A stretch of DNA of 64,000 nucleotides from Octopus vulgaris (GCA_951406725.2 OX597831.1:38440001-38504000); one strand, 5' to 3'. Positions 14,468 through 28,280 are shown, numbered from the stretch's first letter. Notes: a model not told the origin generated them from the sequence alone. Numbers and translations: made by a program.

Positions 14468-14672
14468 TGTGTATGTGTGTGTGTGTGTTTGTGCGTGTGG
14501 CATTGTGTCCATGTTTATCTCCTACTTATGTGCGTAAGTCGCTCGTAACATAGTGGTTGGCAAAGGAGACCGATATAATAAGTACTAGCTTTTAAGCGAT
14601 GATAAGTTATGTGGTCGCTTCGTTCAGCTAAACTTCTTCAAAGAGGTACCTCGGCATGGACGCTACTCAATT
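14240..14672 (+). mobile_element. Old, diverged SINE family A copy, interrupted at its 3' end
   Basis: Degenerate CCCAACCACAT..TTCTGGATTTAGTCCCAC, CGGAAACTGAAA, internal microsatellite and AAAGGAGACCGAT..AATAAGTACTAG. Confidence 0.65.
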
Positions 14673-14683
14673 ACTAAAGCAAG

Positions 14684-15076
14684 CGTGGAGGCGCAATGGC
14701 CCAGTGGTTAGGGCAGCGGACTCGCGGTCATAGGATCGCGGTTTCGATTCCCAGACCGGGCGTTGTAAGTGTTTATTGAGCGAAAACACCTAACAGCTCC
14801 ACGAGGCTCCGGCAGGGGATGGTAGTGATCCCTGCTGTACTCTTTCACCACAACTTTCTCTCACTCTTACTTCCTGTTTCTGTTGTACCTGTACTTCAAA
14901 GGGGCCGGCCTTGTCACTCTCTGTGTCACGCTGAATATTCCCCGAGAACTACGTTAAGGGTACACGTGTCTGTGGAGTGCTCAGCCACTTACACGTTAAT
15001 TTCACGAGAAGGCTGTTCCGTTGATTCGGATCAACCGGAACCCTCGTCGTCGTAACCGATGGAGTGCTTCCATTCC
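14684..15076 (+). mobile_element. SINE family C, tail type 2, full length with TSD
   Basis: tRNA-like head and (TTCCA)2 end. 11-bp TSD ACTAAAGCAAG at 14673-14683 and 15077-15087. Confidence 0.92.
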
Positions 15077-16351
15077 ACTAAAGCAAGTAAAGATTCTATC
15101 CGAAGCTCTAAGGAGTCTGTCAAATCGGGAAAAGAACAAAATTAACTTAATTTCGTGGAATAATAATAATAATAAATTTATAGAACAGAAAAAAACATCG
15201 TAACGTCATGGATGGTTCATATTTGATCATAGTTCATATTTGATCATAGTGAGGGTTTCAACGGAACTAAATGACATAACTTAAAGTTATGATTCTTCTC
15301 CTGCATGAATCATTTCTTTAAGTCTCCTACCAGCCAGCACGATAGACGTCAGATTATTGTGGAAAATTTTAGTTATTAAATAATGTTTTGACACAAAACA
15401 CATTCTTCCACTTTTTATCCACGACCAAAATCTTCGAATTAGTTATTGCAATACGCTGGGCAATACAAACCAGTATATTAAACATTCATTGCAGCGATCT
15501 TATAAGGCAACTTCAGCGCAGTCATTCGATTGACCTGTTTACAATGGCATCGACACATGAGAAGGCTCTTAATATAAGAATAGTATATTGCTTAATACAG
15601 TCCTTGATACATGTATAAAAGCGTAAATAAATATGGTCTAGACCGCCCATAACTGTGGTAGACCCGGTGTTAAACTGTAATAATAAAATTTGTTTGAATA
15701 TTGCTATGGAACCAATGTATATATTAACTGCACTATTACACTGCAAAAATCTCTTAAATCTAACGTGAGATGTTATTGGATGATATCAAATATAAGTTTG
15801 TTATTCCAATCGCCAAACTGAATAAATATATACAGTTCTGCATACAAAAGCAAATCACAAACATCTGTTGTCTATGAACAAAAGCTCTTCAATCTGTTCT
15901 GTTGTATCCACGTAAATCTATTACAAAATTGTGCGTCAGAACACTTATTATTATCAGTTACATATTATGGATTGAGGAAACTCATAAATTTGCTGTGCTG
16001 TGCTAAGAGATAAGAAAAAGCAAGCTGTCAAATAACTTCAGCTAAACTTAAAATAAATATTAACAAAAATTTAAAATAATAGTAAAATAAAGAGGTTTTA
16101 CATTATAAAAGTTAGCACCTCCAAAAATTTCAGGAATTATTTATGTAAAGAGCGATTGGTTTAAACTCAGATAGGAATATTTAGTAGCTTTCAAGATTTA
16201 AAGATTACAATCTCGGTAGCAATAAAGTACAAGTTTGCGGCATCTTATCTAGACTTGGAGGTAGGACTATTGCCAGCAGATGGATGCATGCTAGGATTAA
16301 GATTATCTAGTGATATATGTAGTCTTTACAGTGCAATTTTTTGATTATTTC

Positions 16352-16752
16352 TTATTTTTGTTTTGTCGACAAGGGACTAAACAAGGACAGACAAAGGGAT
16401 TAAGTGGATTACTTAGACCCCAGTTCGTAACTGGTACTTAAGTTATCGACCCCGAAAGGATGAAAGGCAAAGTCGATCTCGGCGGAATTTGAGCTCAGAA
16501 CATAACGACAGACGAAATACCTATTTCTTTACAGCCCACAAGGGGCTAAACACAAAGAGGACAAACAAGGAAAGACAAACAGATTAAGTCGATTACATCG
16601 ACACCAGTGCGTAACTGGTACTTATTTAATCGACCCCGAAAGGATGAAAGGCAAAGTCGACCTCGGCGGAATTTGATCTCAGAACGTAGCGACAGACGAA
16701 ATACTGCTAAGCATTTAGCCCGGCGTGCTAACGTTTCTGCCAGCTCGCCGCC
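16352..16752 (-). mobile_element. SINE family B, dimeric copy with TSD
   Basis: One head plus two body/tail units. 14-bp TSD TTTTTGATTATTTC at 16338-16351 and 16753-16766. Confidence 0.9.
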
Positions 16753-17916
16753 TTTTTGATTATTTCATTAGTTTCCTTCTAAAGAGTGTGGCCATGGTGA
16801 ACATCTTCCTCAACATTCCTTAATTCAATTGTTTTATAACACTTGTGGCATCTTGTCGGAAGCTTTTAATCTTTTTATTTTTCATCGGTTTCCTGATGGA
16901 TAACCTTGACATAAAATGATGGAACTCGGACGGAATTATTATTTAAATCAATGTTTGAGGTTAGAGTCACTGATATTGGTTGGTTACCTCGCTGCACTTT
17001 ACATTTAACAGGAGTCTCTCAGGACTAGACTAAAGCATCATTAGGAAACCGAGAAAATGAGAGATTTTGCCTAGTTGTCTGAAGTAAAAGAATTAAAATC
17101 AAATAACCATGAAATTATACCTTACTACTGCTGAAATGAAAGATACGTATCAAAGTAAATGCATTTTTAGCTGTTCTATGCATAACACTAGCACCAGATG
17201 GTTATGCTTGGGACATGTGGTAAATAATCACAGAAAACAACCATAATGCAGTAACGAACGATTTGAAAAGCACATGCATTTGTAGGTGAATATTCTTCAA
17301 AATGTTATATCCTCTAAAAACGAAAGGAAGCATAAAATACAGGAAGTAGTTCTAAATATAATACGTTAGGAAACAAAAACAAGGGCGATTTTGGTTGGAA
17401 TATTTCTTCTTTAATATATTTTAGATGCTCCTTAATTGTATTTGTTTTGCTAAATGATATTTTAATGTACTTCCAAGCTGGCTTTGTATAATTCATAGCG
17501 GAATTAAATTAGCGGCAAAAATGGTTGCTCTGATTTGAAACAATGTTTTGTTTTTAATTGTTACTTTAAGTTACCTCTATATGTGTGTCTTATTTTCTAT
17601 TTGTTTCTTTAAGAAATCAACAAAAACTACTTCAGACAATGTACAGAAATCAACATAAAAATATTGTAATTACAATATTTAGAGAGTGATGCTCCAGCAT
17701 AGATGTCAAGTGATCTTCAAAATGAAAACTAGTAAACGAATTGTACAAAACAGACTACACATTTCACCAAATCTGTTCCCTATATGTACCAGTCTGTTTG
17801 CAACCATCTCATTTCTAAGACAAAATATTCATAGCACGTAAACAAAATGTGATTAATTATAACTATAACAACAACGAGAGCAACGTGTTATGAAAAGCAG
17901 TAAGGGAGGCTTAGAA

Positions 17917-19195
17917 CGGTGGTTCGCAAAAGGTGTGCCGGGGCGCACTGGTGCGCCACAGAAGATATATAGGTTGCGCCTTGAGATTTTCCAGAGACGT
18001 GCATTCAGATATAAAGAAGTAAATGCATAGCTACTTTCTTATGTTAAATTTATAACAACAGCACTCTTCTTTGCAACGAACAGCTAGCTTCGAGCCTGCA
18101 AGCAGGTTCGATACGCGTTGCGAACACACGTTTTGAACGAGATTTGAACGACTCTGCAACAGCCAAGCATGCAACAGTATGGCATTTGCAGGCAGTGGTA
18201 AGAGACGGGATGTTTTTATTGTGTTAAACAGGCATTCAGAGTGGAAGTGTTGTTATTTTTTACTCGCACAAAAGTACACCTATACAAAATGGATAGGTTT
18301 CTTATTAAAAAGAAGCGTGATATTCATGAATATAAACCTGGAAGTGAGCAAAACTTAAGTGAAACAAGTTGTTCAAATAAGAAACTGAAACCGCAGCCTA
18401 CACGCAAGTACGATTAAGTTATTTAAGCTTTGGTTTCATATGGATTGGAAGTGAAGACCATCCTTTGCCGCTATGTTTAGTATGTGGATAGAAAATGTCA
18501 AAGGAATCATTGCTTCCAAGTAAACTCAGCAAACAGCAAACATTTAAAAACTAAACATCCTCATTTACAACATAAATCTACAATTTATTTTAAAAGATTG
18601 TCTGAACAGCAAACTAAAGTGGCAAATTCTTTCATAAATAAAATGAGTCTCCGAGAAAGCTTAAATCGCTTCCTACCAAATCATGCCCTACCCCCACTCA
18701 AATCCCCCACTCTGGAATGTTCAAGAATCATTCATCCCCTTCCTCCTCTTTCCCCTCTCAAATCCCCCGCTGCTATATCTACTAACCGTGGATTAATGAT
18801 GAAACACAAGGAATTGTCACTTCAGGCTTTCTGGATTTCTGTAAAAGATGAATATGTTTCGATTTCTGAAAATCCTCTTACAATTTTGCTACAATTTTCA
18901 ACTTCATATCTATGGGAATTGGGATTTTCCACCCTTTCTACTATGAAGTACGAAAAGCGAGGAAGACTTACATGCATTGATGAAGAAATATGAGTTTGTC
19001 TTTCAAACTTGTACCCAAACATTGAAGAAATTGCCAAGACACATCGAGCTAACGTTTCTCATGAACTCATGAATGAAGAATCTTAAAGTATGCGTTATTG
19101 TCTGTTATTGACTTTAGAAATTTGTATATGGTGTGCCCACAATTATTTTTATGGAGTCAAGAGCGCCCTGACCTCAAACGAGCCAACAACCACTG
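17917..19195 (+). mobile_element. Internally deleted hAT transposon (Buster/Charlie group)
   Basis: Termini CgGTGGTT...AACCACTG and 8-bp TSD GCTTAGAA/GTTTAGAT with central TA. Broken ORF from 18289: MDRFLIKK...RKYD..YLSFGF...PLCLVC...HLKTKH (BED finger), then FW...FSTSYLWELGFS (hAT dimerisation domain). Confidence 0.9.
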
Positions 19196-20672
19196 GTTTA
19201 GATGTTCGTTTCGCAACCAAGATGTTCGCAATTTCATATTACTAAGCTTCGTCTTGGACAACTATCTTTATCTATATTCTAAAGAAGAACGGAGTTATAT
19301 GAGTGATATGGAATAGGTTGATATTATGTGCAAACTCATTGAAATTATCGTATCTTATCTTAAAAGTTATACGTATACAGCCATGCAGTTCAAAAATCGG
19401 TATTTCGACACTGAGCACTTTGCGATCAAAGTTTATCTGTTAAAAAAAACTTGGACGATTCATTTAGTTTCCTCCTATTCTTCTCCGAACCACTACGAAG
19501 TTCGTGCAATGATTTATGGGCACTAAATTCCTTTATTGAACAAAGCTACGAAATATGAATATATACAAACTCACTCCTACGTTCAAATTCCAGCCAATGC
19601 TAGCGTAGAAGCTTTTTTCGAGTCTTCTTCACAAGGCAGCTTTCAATATAAAATAAGTTAAACGTCTTACAATTGCTATTCTTCTCGTATATTCAACATT
19701 TATGAGGAGAATGCCAATCAAGTTTGACAAATTCTTAAACTGAATGGGAGAAAGATAATTTAAATAAACAGATTCCCCATGAAACATATGAAGGAGATCG
19801 AGCAAAACTATTATTTTCACGAACAAAAAAGAAAATTATTAAATTTTACGTTGAACTCGAGGTCTATAACTTATTTATAAAGGTACCCAGGTATCTGTCC
19901 ATTCAAAATCTGCAGCGAAATATAAAATTCTCTATACGTTGTATGTTATCTATTTTTCAATTATATACATATATATAAATCTGTGTGTGTGTGTGTATGT
20001 ATGTATGTATATATGTATGTATGTATCTATGTATTATGTATGTATAATAGCGTCTTTACAATGGTTGCAATAGGAATATAATAATATTTGCTCAACTTGT
20101 TTTCAGAGCAATTATATTATATTTTTTTCTCTCCACATTCTCCTATTGTATTTTCCGCTCTTCCCTATCGTAAAGATTTCTTCCTTGTTGTTTTTTTTTG
20201 TTGTTTTTTTTTTGTTGTTTTTTTTTCCAGTCTCCCTTATTTGAACACAAAACATAACTGCTTAAACTTTTATTACTAGTAAAATGTTCGGATATATTTA
20301 TTTTTTACTCTTATTACAAAGTGGATTTTCATCGAAATCTCTATTCACATATCTATGAGTGAATATAATAACCATCATCATTGGTATTATTTCGGTTGGA
20401 AACGCTGTCCAGGTTTACGAACTCTTCTTTTACTTTTGTATTAATAAATATTGAAAGATTTTAGAGTGAAATGGTGCTTTTGGTTTCTTTTAAATTATAT
20501 TTATTACCATTTTTCCGTGTCAGTAACTGTTGTATAGCTTGGCAAACTCGAAATATTGAAGCGGTAAGTTTATCCATTCTCTTCATATATTCTCATTCAC
20601 ATCACCCAAAATGTATGGATGAGTATCGGTACGTGTATATGTATATACATAGGTAAATGCAAAGGTATATAA

Positions 20673-20716
<44 letters not shown>

Positions 20717-20929
20717 GTGTATGCACACACTCACACACACACATATTTACAAATAATTTACAGATAGTTCTATTAATATTAACAAAAATACTAGCTATTT
20801 ATATAGATTTTGCAAGAAAAGAACAGCACTTTCGGTACCCTATTGAAAAACAATACACAGATGCTAGGCATTAATGATCGTTATACAGCATGATCGAAAT
20901 CTTGCTAACCATTTATAGTTTGCATTATA

Positions 20930-21312
20930 TCTCTCTATATATAAACGGCAGTTTGTCTGTGCGTGTCTCTGTGTGTCTGTTTTCTTGTACCCTCACCCTG
21001 ACCACGGCTTTCAACCGATTCTGATGAAACTTGACACACACATAGCCCAATGTCATAATTCAAAACTAACGCAGCGAAAATTTTGAAAAGTTCCCCCAGT
21101 TCTGAAAAAAATCGATAAATTCGACATGGAGTCGAGAATCAGAAACACAAACCGCAAACTGTCTAGGGGACGCAACTCCACCTTTTTTAACTAAAAAAAA
21201 AATTTACCATCATTTTTTCCCATTTTTTTGCTATTTTTTGGCTATAACTCTCTAAAAATGCTTTATAGTTATCTCCCTTACAAACCTGAGCAACGCCGGG
21301 CGATACTGCTAG
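20930..21312 (+). mobile_element. Non-autonomous Helitron
   Basis: Inserted between A (20929) and T (21313). 5' TCTCTCTATATATAAA then a (TG)-rich tract. 3' sub-terminal hairpin-like CCTGAGCAACGCCGGG and terminal CTAG. No TSD. Confidence 0.85.
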
Positions 21313-21330
21313 TATATATATATATATATA

Positions 21331-22307
21331 GATGTCTTGCAAACAACTTGCACATGCAAGTGCTACCAGTTAAAAGCTCCGTATACCGGAAGCTAGCAAG
21401 TGTATGGTGTCATCAGGAGAGAATGCGCACCGTTTCGGGGCCTACCTCTCGACGGCATCAATGCGCACCGGCCCCCCCTCACTGATATGAGACCCCATCT
21501 GCTAGATCAGCTGGTTATGAAGAACTCAATATACTTCTAGCCATCGCTCATCGTCTCTTTTTAACCAAATCCAGTGGCTAGCCTTCTCCACTGTAGATTG
21601 GATATCAGTCATGGTGGTATTGACTTTACGATGAGTTAAGTCTATCGATAACAAGAGTCGTCTCACGCTGTGTCCAACAAACCCTCTACATCCGACTTCG
21701 ATAGGAAAATGTTCCGCTTTCCAGCCTGAGTCTTGACATTCCTCAAGGAGATTTTCATAACGGTTCAATTTCGAGCCCGAGCGGCGTCCATATTATCTTC
21801 ATGAGGAACCGTTAGCTCGACAATATTTACAACTTTCTTTCTTTCACACCACATCAAAATATCTGTTTTTTTCGAAACTGGGATGGGAAAGAAAACCTGG
21901 CACCCAGGTAAATCTGCAGTTACCTCCCAATAGCCGTTCCACTTTTCATTTTTCTCAGGAAGTTTCTTGATCTTCTTCTTGAAACGGATCCGCTGACCTG
22001 GTCGCACGAAGGTAATGAAATCTCTTGATGGTACTTTTAACGGTTTTTCCTCAGTGTTGTTGAGATGAATTTGATTCTTTATAGCATTGAAGATAACCTT
22101 AAGGACCAAGTTGTGCCTCCATGTATACCTGTTCAATGCTAAAGAACAGTTAGAAAGAATATATTTTAGTGTACCGACCTTTCCACATTTGCAGATGTCA
22201 TTCTCTAAGACCCTCCATATTCCTAAATTCGTAGGTGATGGCAAAACATCATAAGATGAACGAATCAGGAAACTCAGCCGAGATGTCGTCCACTTCCACA
22301 TCTCACA
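21331..22307 (-). mobile_element. 5'-truncated HERO-clade RLE non-LTR retrotransposon in (TA)n
   Basis: FLIRSSYDVLPSPTNL..W...C.CG..GTL.YILSNC..AL.RYTWRHN.VL...ELTVPHE...PIEVGCRGF...VEKASHWIWLKR, with one frameshift near 21766. (TA)n on both sides. Confidence 0.82.
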
Positions 22308-22314
22308 TATATAT

Positions 22315-22726
22315 ATATATAATATTAATTAGAGACAAAACCACTATTATGCAAATCAAACAAAGAAAGACTTAATCCAATACATAAAAAAATTTTATAT
22401 AAATTAAATGAAATTAAATTCGCCACTACAATTGTTTCGTGTCTCTTCCAAGGACATTCATCAGGTGGTATTCAGATCTTCTATTCAATTTTAAGTTATG
22501 AAGTCCTGATGAATGTCCTTAGAAGAGACACGAAACAATTGTAGTGGCGAATTTAATTTTATTTAATTTATATAAAATTTTTATGTATTGGATTAAGTCT
22601 TTCTTTGTTTGATTTGCATAATAGTGGTTTTGTCTCTAATTAATATTATATAATATTTTACTATAAAATTGGATTCAGTCCTAAATCTGATTTTTCCCTA
22701 TAAATTTGGATTTATTCCCTAATATT

Positions 22727-22730
<4 letters not shown>
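22315..22730. mobile_element. Penelope-type fold-back (inverted pLTR) element in (TA)n
   Basis: ~150-bp near-perfect inverted arms (~22315-22465 and 22505-22652), a unique 3' extension, and a hammerhead core in each arm. Confidence 0.85.
22423..22468 (-). ncRNA. Minimal type I hammerhead ribozyme
   Basis: CCAC CTGATGA ATGTC-CTTGGAAGA-GACAC GAAAC AATT GTA GTGG: stem I CCAC/GTGG, stem II TGTC/GACA, palindromic stem III loop AATT, GUA triplet. The plus-strand copy at ~22506-22547 has a broken stem I. Confidence 0.85.
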
Positions 22731-22787
<57 letters not shown>

Positions 22788-23170
22788 ACACACGTATACA
22801 CATACAAACAGAGAGCCCCAAAATACAGAAACCGTAAAACAAGGTGAACGACGGACATGCAGATTTCATTACGTAGATGCTCAAGATGACCTCATTAAAT
22901 TTTCACGCGTATACTCTTCCATAACAGAAGTCAGGTGAGGAGAATGAATCGATAGAGAGAAAAATCAAACGTGCTCGAGTTAAACCAAAAGTTTGGCGCT
23001 CTGGAAACCATCGCTTCCTACATTCTACACGGTTCGAAAGTAACTGTAACACCAAAGAACCAATGGTATTGATTTCGTAACTGCCTTTCCATTCTTTTGG
23101 GAACGCAGGTATGTTACATAATGCTGAAATGCTTCAATTACGTTTGCTGCATTCCTTATCCCCATACATA

Positions 23171-23239
<69 letters not shown>

Positions 23240-23245
<6 letters not shown>

Positions 23246-23497
23246 ATCATGTGACTGACCAGACCATCAGATGTTGTTACACTTCGGTGGTCACAATGCG
23301 TTCGCATTGTCTTAGCCTTCGAATGACGCCACCAGAAGAAAGAGTGGGAGAAAGAGTGGTGAAAGAGTACAGCAGGGATCACCCCCCCCCCCTGCCGGAG
23401 CCTCGTGGAGCTTTTAGGTGTTTTTGCTCAATAAACACTCACAACGCCCGGTTTGGGAATCGAAACCGCGATCCTACGACCACGAATCCGCCTCCAC
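23240..23497 (-). mobile_element. SINE family C, tail type 1, head partly deleted
   Basis: Homologous to 8582-8848. Ends in CACATGATCACGTGAT next to (TA)n. Confidence 0.8.
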
Positions 23498-23639
23498 TAG
23501 AAATATACATAAATATAAATTTATACACCCTTATACATACACAACACATACATGCATGTAGATATATATATATACATATATATATGTAAATATATATATT
23601 TATATATATATGTATATATATGTATATATATATATATAT

Positions 23640-23690
<51 letters not shown>

Positions 23691-24999
23691 TGCATGTATG
23701 TGTTGTGTATGTATAGGGTGTATAAATTTATATTTATGTATATTTCTATCTATGTTTCTGAATAATTGTGTTTTTTTATATTTGAACTGTATATCTTTTC
23801 TAATCAAATACCTTGTTTTTTTTCCTTTTCTTCGCACTGTAAAATGAAAGCTAACGACAGTATGGAATCTCATGTGGAAAATGACGGGATGATTAGCAAT
23901 TAATTCACCAGTAAATTCCCTATGTGTATGGGTATCTCTCTTTCGTGCCTAAGAGCAACTTCGACGTAGAAAACTATCATTATTCTGAATCCATACTGGT
24001 ACTGAGATAAAGAAAAAAAAATTTTTTTAGCAAAGAAAAACTAAAATACATTTAAAAAATACTATAAATGCAACAATCTTGTATGGATTTGGAAATTTGG
24101 ACCGAAATTTACATCCTGCTGATATTAATTCTAATACAATATACAGAAAAAATAATAAAATTACAATAATAATAATATTAATAATAATAATGATAATAAT
24201 GATAATAATAGGTATCCTTTGATTAGGATGTGGCATATATTATACTGGTATCTGATAGGCATATCTCATTTCTACTTGCTCTCCCTGCTTAACTGCCTGC
24301 ATTTCTTGACTATCTCCTCTCTCAGAATATCTTTTCCTATCTCTCCGGTCTTTTTCCTTCTTTTCTCATTCTTTCACTTACATTTTGCCCTCTGTCTCTC
24401 ACTCTCTCCCTCTTTCTCTGCATCCACTCTTTCTCCCTGTCTCTTCCTTTTTTCTCTCTCTCTCTCTTTCAAAACAAATTGCATCCTAATGAAGCATACA
24501 AACAAATCCTGCTAATACAAGTTCAGAGTAGACGTAGCCTGAAATGAAAATTGGTAGACTAGGACCAAAAACTCTGGCACTTATTTGCAAAGACATCGCT
24601 TCACGCAAGAGATGACATGGGTGTTGATATTTAGCTCCAAGACATTTTTAATCGAGCATATCGTTATTTGTAGACTAACTGCAGATATACAGTATTGCTT
24701 GAAATAGAGATCTTGATATGGCACATCAAGATCTCTACAACCGATCCGTATTGCATTTGGTTTCTTTGTCTCCTTGTTCAGGAACAGCTTTATTTATTGA
24801 TTAGTAGTCAACAGTATATAGATTAAGATTTAAGTTTAGATAAAAGCAAATGTTATGAAGGGCAGGAAGTCACCAAAATATTGGAAACTAGTTAGCTGCA
24901 GCAAGATGATTCGCCCCGGATGTCAAACGCCATCACATGACTAATGCTCACCGTTATCTGAATGTTGTAAAAACTATAAAACGTGGCATGGGCAGCTGT

Positions 25000-25794
25000 G
25001 AACTCGTGAGCATTCCGATAAAAGCATTCCCTTTCTCGCTAATATCTACTTCTTCGCAGTTAGGGCATTTAATCCAGTAGATGAAATTTCTGCTTTGCAG
25101 TTCATATCTACATTTGTGAAAGTCTGTCCGTTCTTTGTTCCAATGGATCAACCAGTATTCATGTATTGACACGTTCCACATCTGTTATCATTACACTTGG
25201 ATACTGTGAATGTTTTCTCCTGTTTGTTCATGCCTTTGTTAATAAATTCTTTTGGTTACGTGGTTGCTTTTTGCTTAAAGTAAATGTTTGATTAGTAATA
25301 GTTTTTTTTTTACTCTGTTTCAGGATTGGCAAATTTGTTGTGATGATGTTAAAAATATTTTGATGATGCGGGTTGTGTGTTACTGGAAATGTTATTGTAT
25401 TCCTTTGATGGGTTCGTCTTTCTTGTGTTGCTCTAAATTGTTATACAGGTAACTCTTTTGATCGTTGTATTTTATTTTCTATAAATAGGAGCGGGTATTT
25501 TTGCTTGAGCAGAAATCCTTTAAAGTTTTATAAGTCGTTTGTTCCTGCTATTAGGATCATTTATAAATTTTTGTTAGCTAGACAGTACGGAATGTTACGT
25601 TTTATGTATTTTGGGTGGGAGGATTTGAAATTTAGGTACTCGTGTGTATCTGTGTTATTGCAATGGATATCAGTTGTGATTGTGTTGTTGTTTTTAATTA
25701 CCATTGTGTCAATAAATGGTAATTGTTTGTTGCTCATTTCTCTTGCGAATTTGCGACAAGAGTGTAGGTTGTTGAGGAGGTACTGATTGGTCAA
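25000..25794 (-). mobile_element. Degenerate Penelope-like ORF remnant (RT thumb plus GIY-YIG endonuclease)
   Basis: LNNLHS..KF..E....LPFID...ITTDI....DTHEYLNFKSSHP...KRNIPY.LA, then downstream QSRNFIYWIKCPNCEEV.I.E.G. Confidence 0.8.
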
Positions 25795-26300
25795 AATCGT
25801 ATTTGAAAAATTTAGCTTGTCGCAGACTTCTAAAATGTATAAATATGAAGTCAGTCATTTTACTACAGTTGTGAAGAACTTAACTCAACTCAACTGTCAG
25901 AAAATCCATTTTGAAATCTGATGATTTCTACGAAAGTATGAGAGTGCTAATTGAATATTATGGAAAATACTAAATGTTTTTTGTAATGTTCAACACACTT
26001 CAATATTGTTCTCCAAAATATAATCTGGTTAGTAAGATATGCATTATTTTCTAAAATCATTCTGCCACAGATATAACATACGAAATCCATGTAATTATTT
26101 TGATTTCTATTATTGATGTAAATTTGTTTTAAATGGTTTATGCTTTGTGTTCGAAATTTATATGATCATCTCAGTCTGTAGGGAGAGGTTTCTTTCAAAT
26201 TAATGTAATGTTTTCATAGATCAATTAAATGGACTCGCCTGAAAAGGCCGTAATGTATTGACACCTGCACATCCATGTTACTTATTTACATTCACCTCAC

Positions 26301-26555
26301 CTAACTTGGAATTGTTCAGACTATACCGAACTGGCAAGGTGCCTCAATTTAAGTCAGAGTTTACTGGAGTAGAATCCTTTTGTACCCAGCGCCTTGTGTT
26401 TTACGCCGTCGTGGTCTTCGAACAAGATCCTGTTCAAACGCACACACCACACACACACGTACAAACACGACAAGATCCATTATTTCGGCAGTTCAAATTT
26501 ACATCCGTTTATCCCAAGAACGCCTTAGATAACGCTCTATTTAGAACCGTTAAAT
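26301..26555 (-). other. Candidate non-coding (UTR or lncRNA) exon
   Basis: Unique, GC-richer segment bounded on the minus strand by TTATTCAG| and |GTGAGG. All three frames are closed. Confidence 0.3.
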
Positions 26556-27149
26556 CTGAATAAATTCTTGTTTAAGATATTGCAAAATTATCGACGAGCT
26601 CGTGGTCATAGATGAACAATTACTACAGGCTTTATCTGTAAACTGCAATAATGGTGTAGTTATGACACTATTGGAAAATATAAGGCTTAATTACACGTGG
26701 ATAAACATAATTATATGAATGTAATACTTGAGATATACGAAGTTCAAAGGTGTATTGTTAGTTTCACATTTATGTGCATACAGAATAATTATGGCAATCA
26801 AAATTCTACTCGATAACATTTGAATAAACAAGCATCAGAATCGCAAAATATTTCCGTGGATGAATAAATTATTAAAAGTTGGATAAACACTCAATTATCC
26901 AATACTGTTCAAATATATATATATTTATTCATTTATTAATTTACATTATTGTTATATGTATAAATTGTCTCTATTTCATATATATATGGCTAATTAATGT
27001 AATTTGAAGACTGATAAACAAAACGTTACATACAATATGAAGCACACACATATGTAAGGATATATGCATATGAATAGATATATTCATATATATCTATATA
27101 CATACTCATATTTGTGTGTGTGTGTTTGAATAAGTTTAAAAGTTACGTT

Positions 27150-27834
27150 TATACAAGAGAAAGCAAATATTTATTCGTACTTTCGTCGTAACATATTTTA
27201 TTATTGTCACTTTGCCTTCTGTGCATGCGTGCTTATAGCTGTTACGATCGTGGTCACGTGATCGAGGTTTGAGCCTGATCGCACCATTTTTATTCCTGGC
27301 TTTACAGTGTAAGCATGATTGCTCCACTAGCGATGTGTACCAAAGAATAAAGAGCAATGATCCGATTTCTCTTGAAGAGGGTGTACGATCAACACTGCAA
27401 GATACAGTGCTTTGCAGGACAATAAACTGAAGCCAGACGTTCACACCAAGAGCCGAAGCCTATTGCCGAAGAAAGTGTCATTGTTGCATGACAATGCACT
27501 CCCCGCACGGCCACCTAGACCGTTGAAATCATTAATCGATTGGGTTTTGAGATGCTGGAACACCCAGATCTCTCCCCTTCCAACTATCATATCTTTGCAC
27601 TGCTCAAAGTTTGTTTACGAGGACATCTAATTCCTACGGATAAAGATGTGAAGGCAGCGGTGCATAAATGGCTGCACAACCAACTGAAGACGTTCTTCTT
27701 GGAGGGAATACGTACGTTTGTGGACTGCTGGACCAAATGCATCGAAAAGGAAAATGGCGTACTTGTTTATTCCTTGCTTTTGTGTAAATACATAGACAAA
27801 ACAAGCGTGCATATCCTTTTTGGCTCTCCCTCAT
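27150..27834 (+). mobile_element. Degenerate, deleted mariner (irritans/Hsmar2-like)
   Basis: LLHDNA.P...GFEMLEHP.DLSPSNYHIF..LK..LRG...V.AAVH.WL..Q...FF.EGI...V..W.KCIE. The right TIR-like end is CTCCCTCA|TA. Confidence 0.8.
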
Positions 27835-28161
27835 ATGTTTATATATACATGAATAGCTTTAGTCATGATCAGATAACTCAGATATGATTCGGCCAAAGAT
27901 TGACCCAGGCAATTATTAACTTAAGAAAACCACCTGATAGGATCTGTTAAATTATTATTAAGACAAAGTTTGTGGTATAATGGTCCATTGAAATAGGGAG
28001 CTGTTGTTAAGTTCTATTAGGGTATAGATGGCTTATATGGTATCTCTTAAAGAAATCTGTCCTGGTTTCGTTTGAAAGTGACGAGATCTTTTCCTTCAAT
28101 GCATTGTTTTAGGATAATATATACTCGCAGGGCCATGGATATACATATGTATTTTTATGTG

Positions 28162-28213
<52 letters not shown>

Positions 28214-28235
28214 AGTGTATGTATGTATATGTATG

Positions 28236-28276
<41 letters not shown>

Positions 28277-28280
<4 letters not shown>

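Noticed and set aside
14684-14760. tRNA-like sequence with A and B boxes
   Set aside because: It is the head of a multi-copy SINE bounded by a TSD, not a tRNA gene.
24705-24737. 13-bp perfect hairpin TAGAGATCTTGAT/ATCAAGATCTCTA
   Set aside because: Isolated and short, with no associated element or motif; too little to interpret.
25914-25945. CTGATGA...GAAA spacing resembling a hammerhead
   Set aside because: No stem II, no GAAAC/GTH stem III and no stem I.
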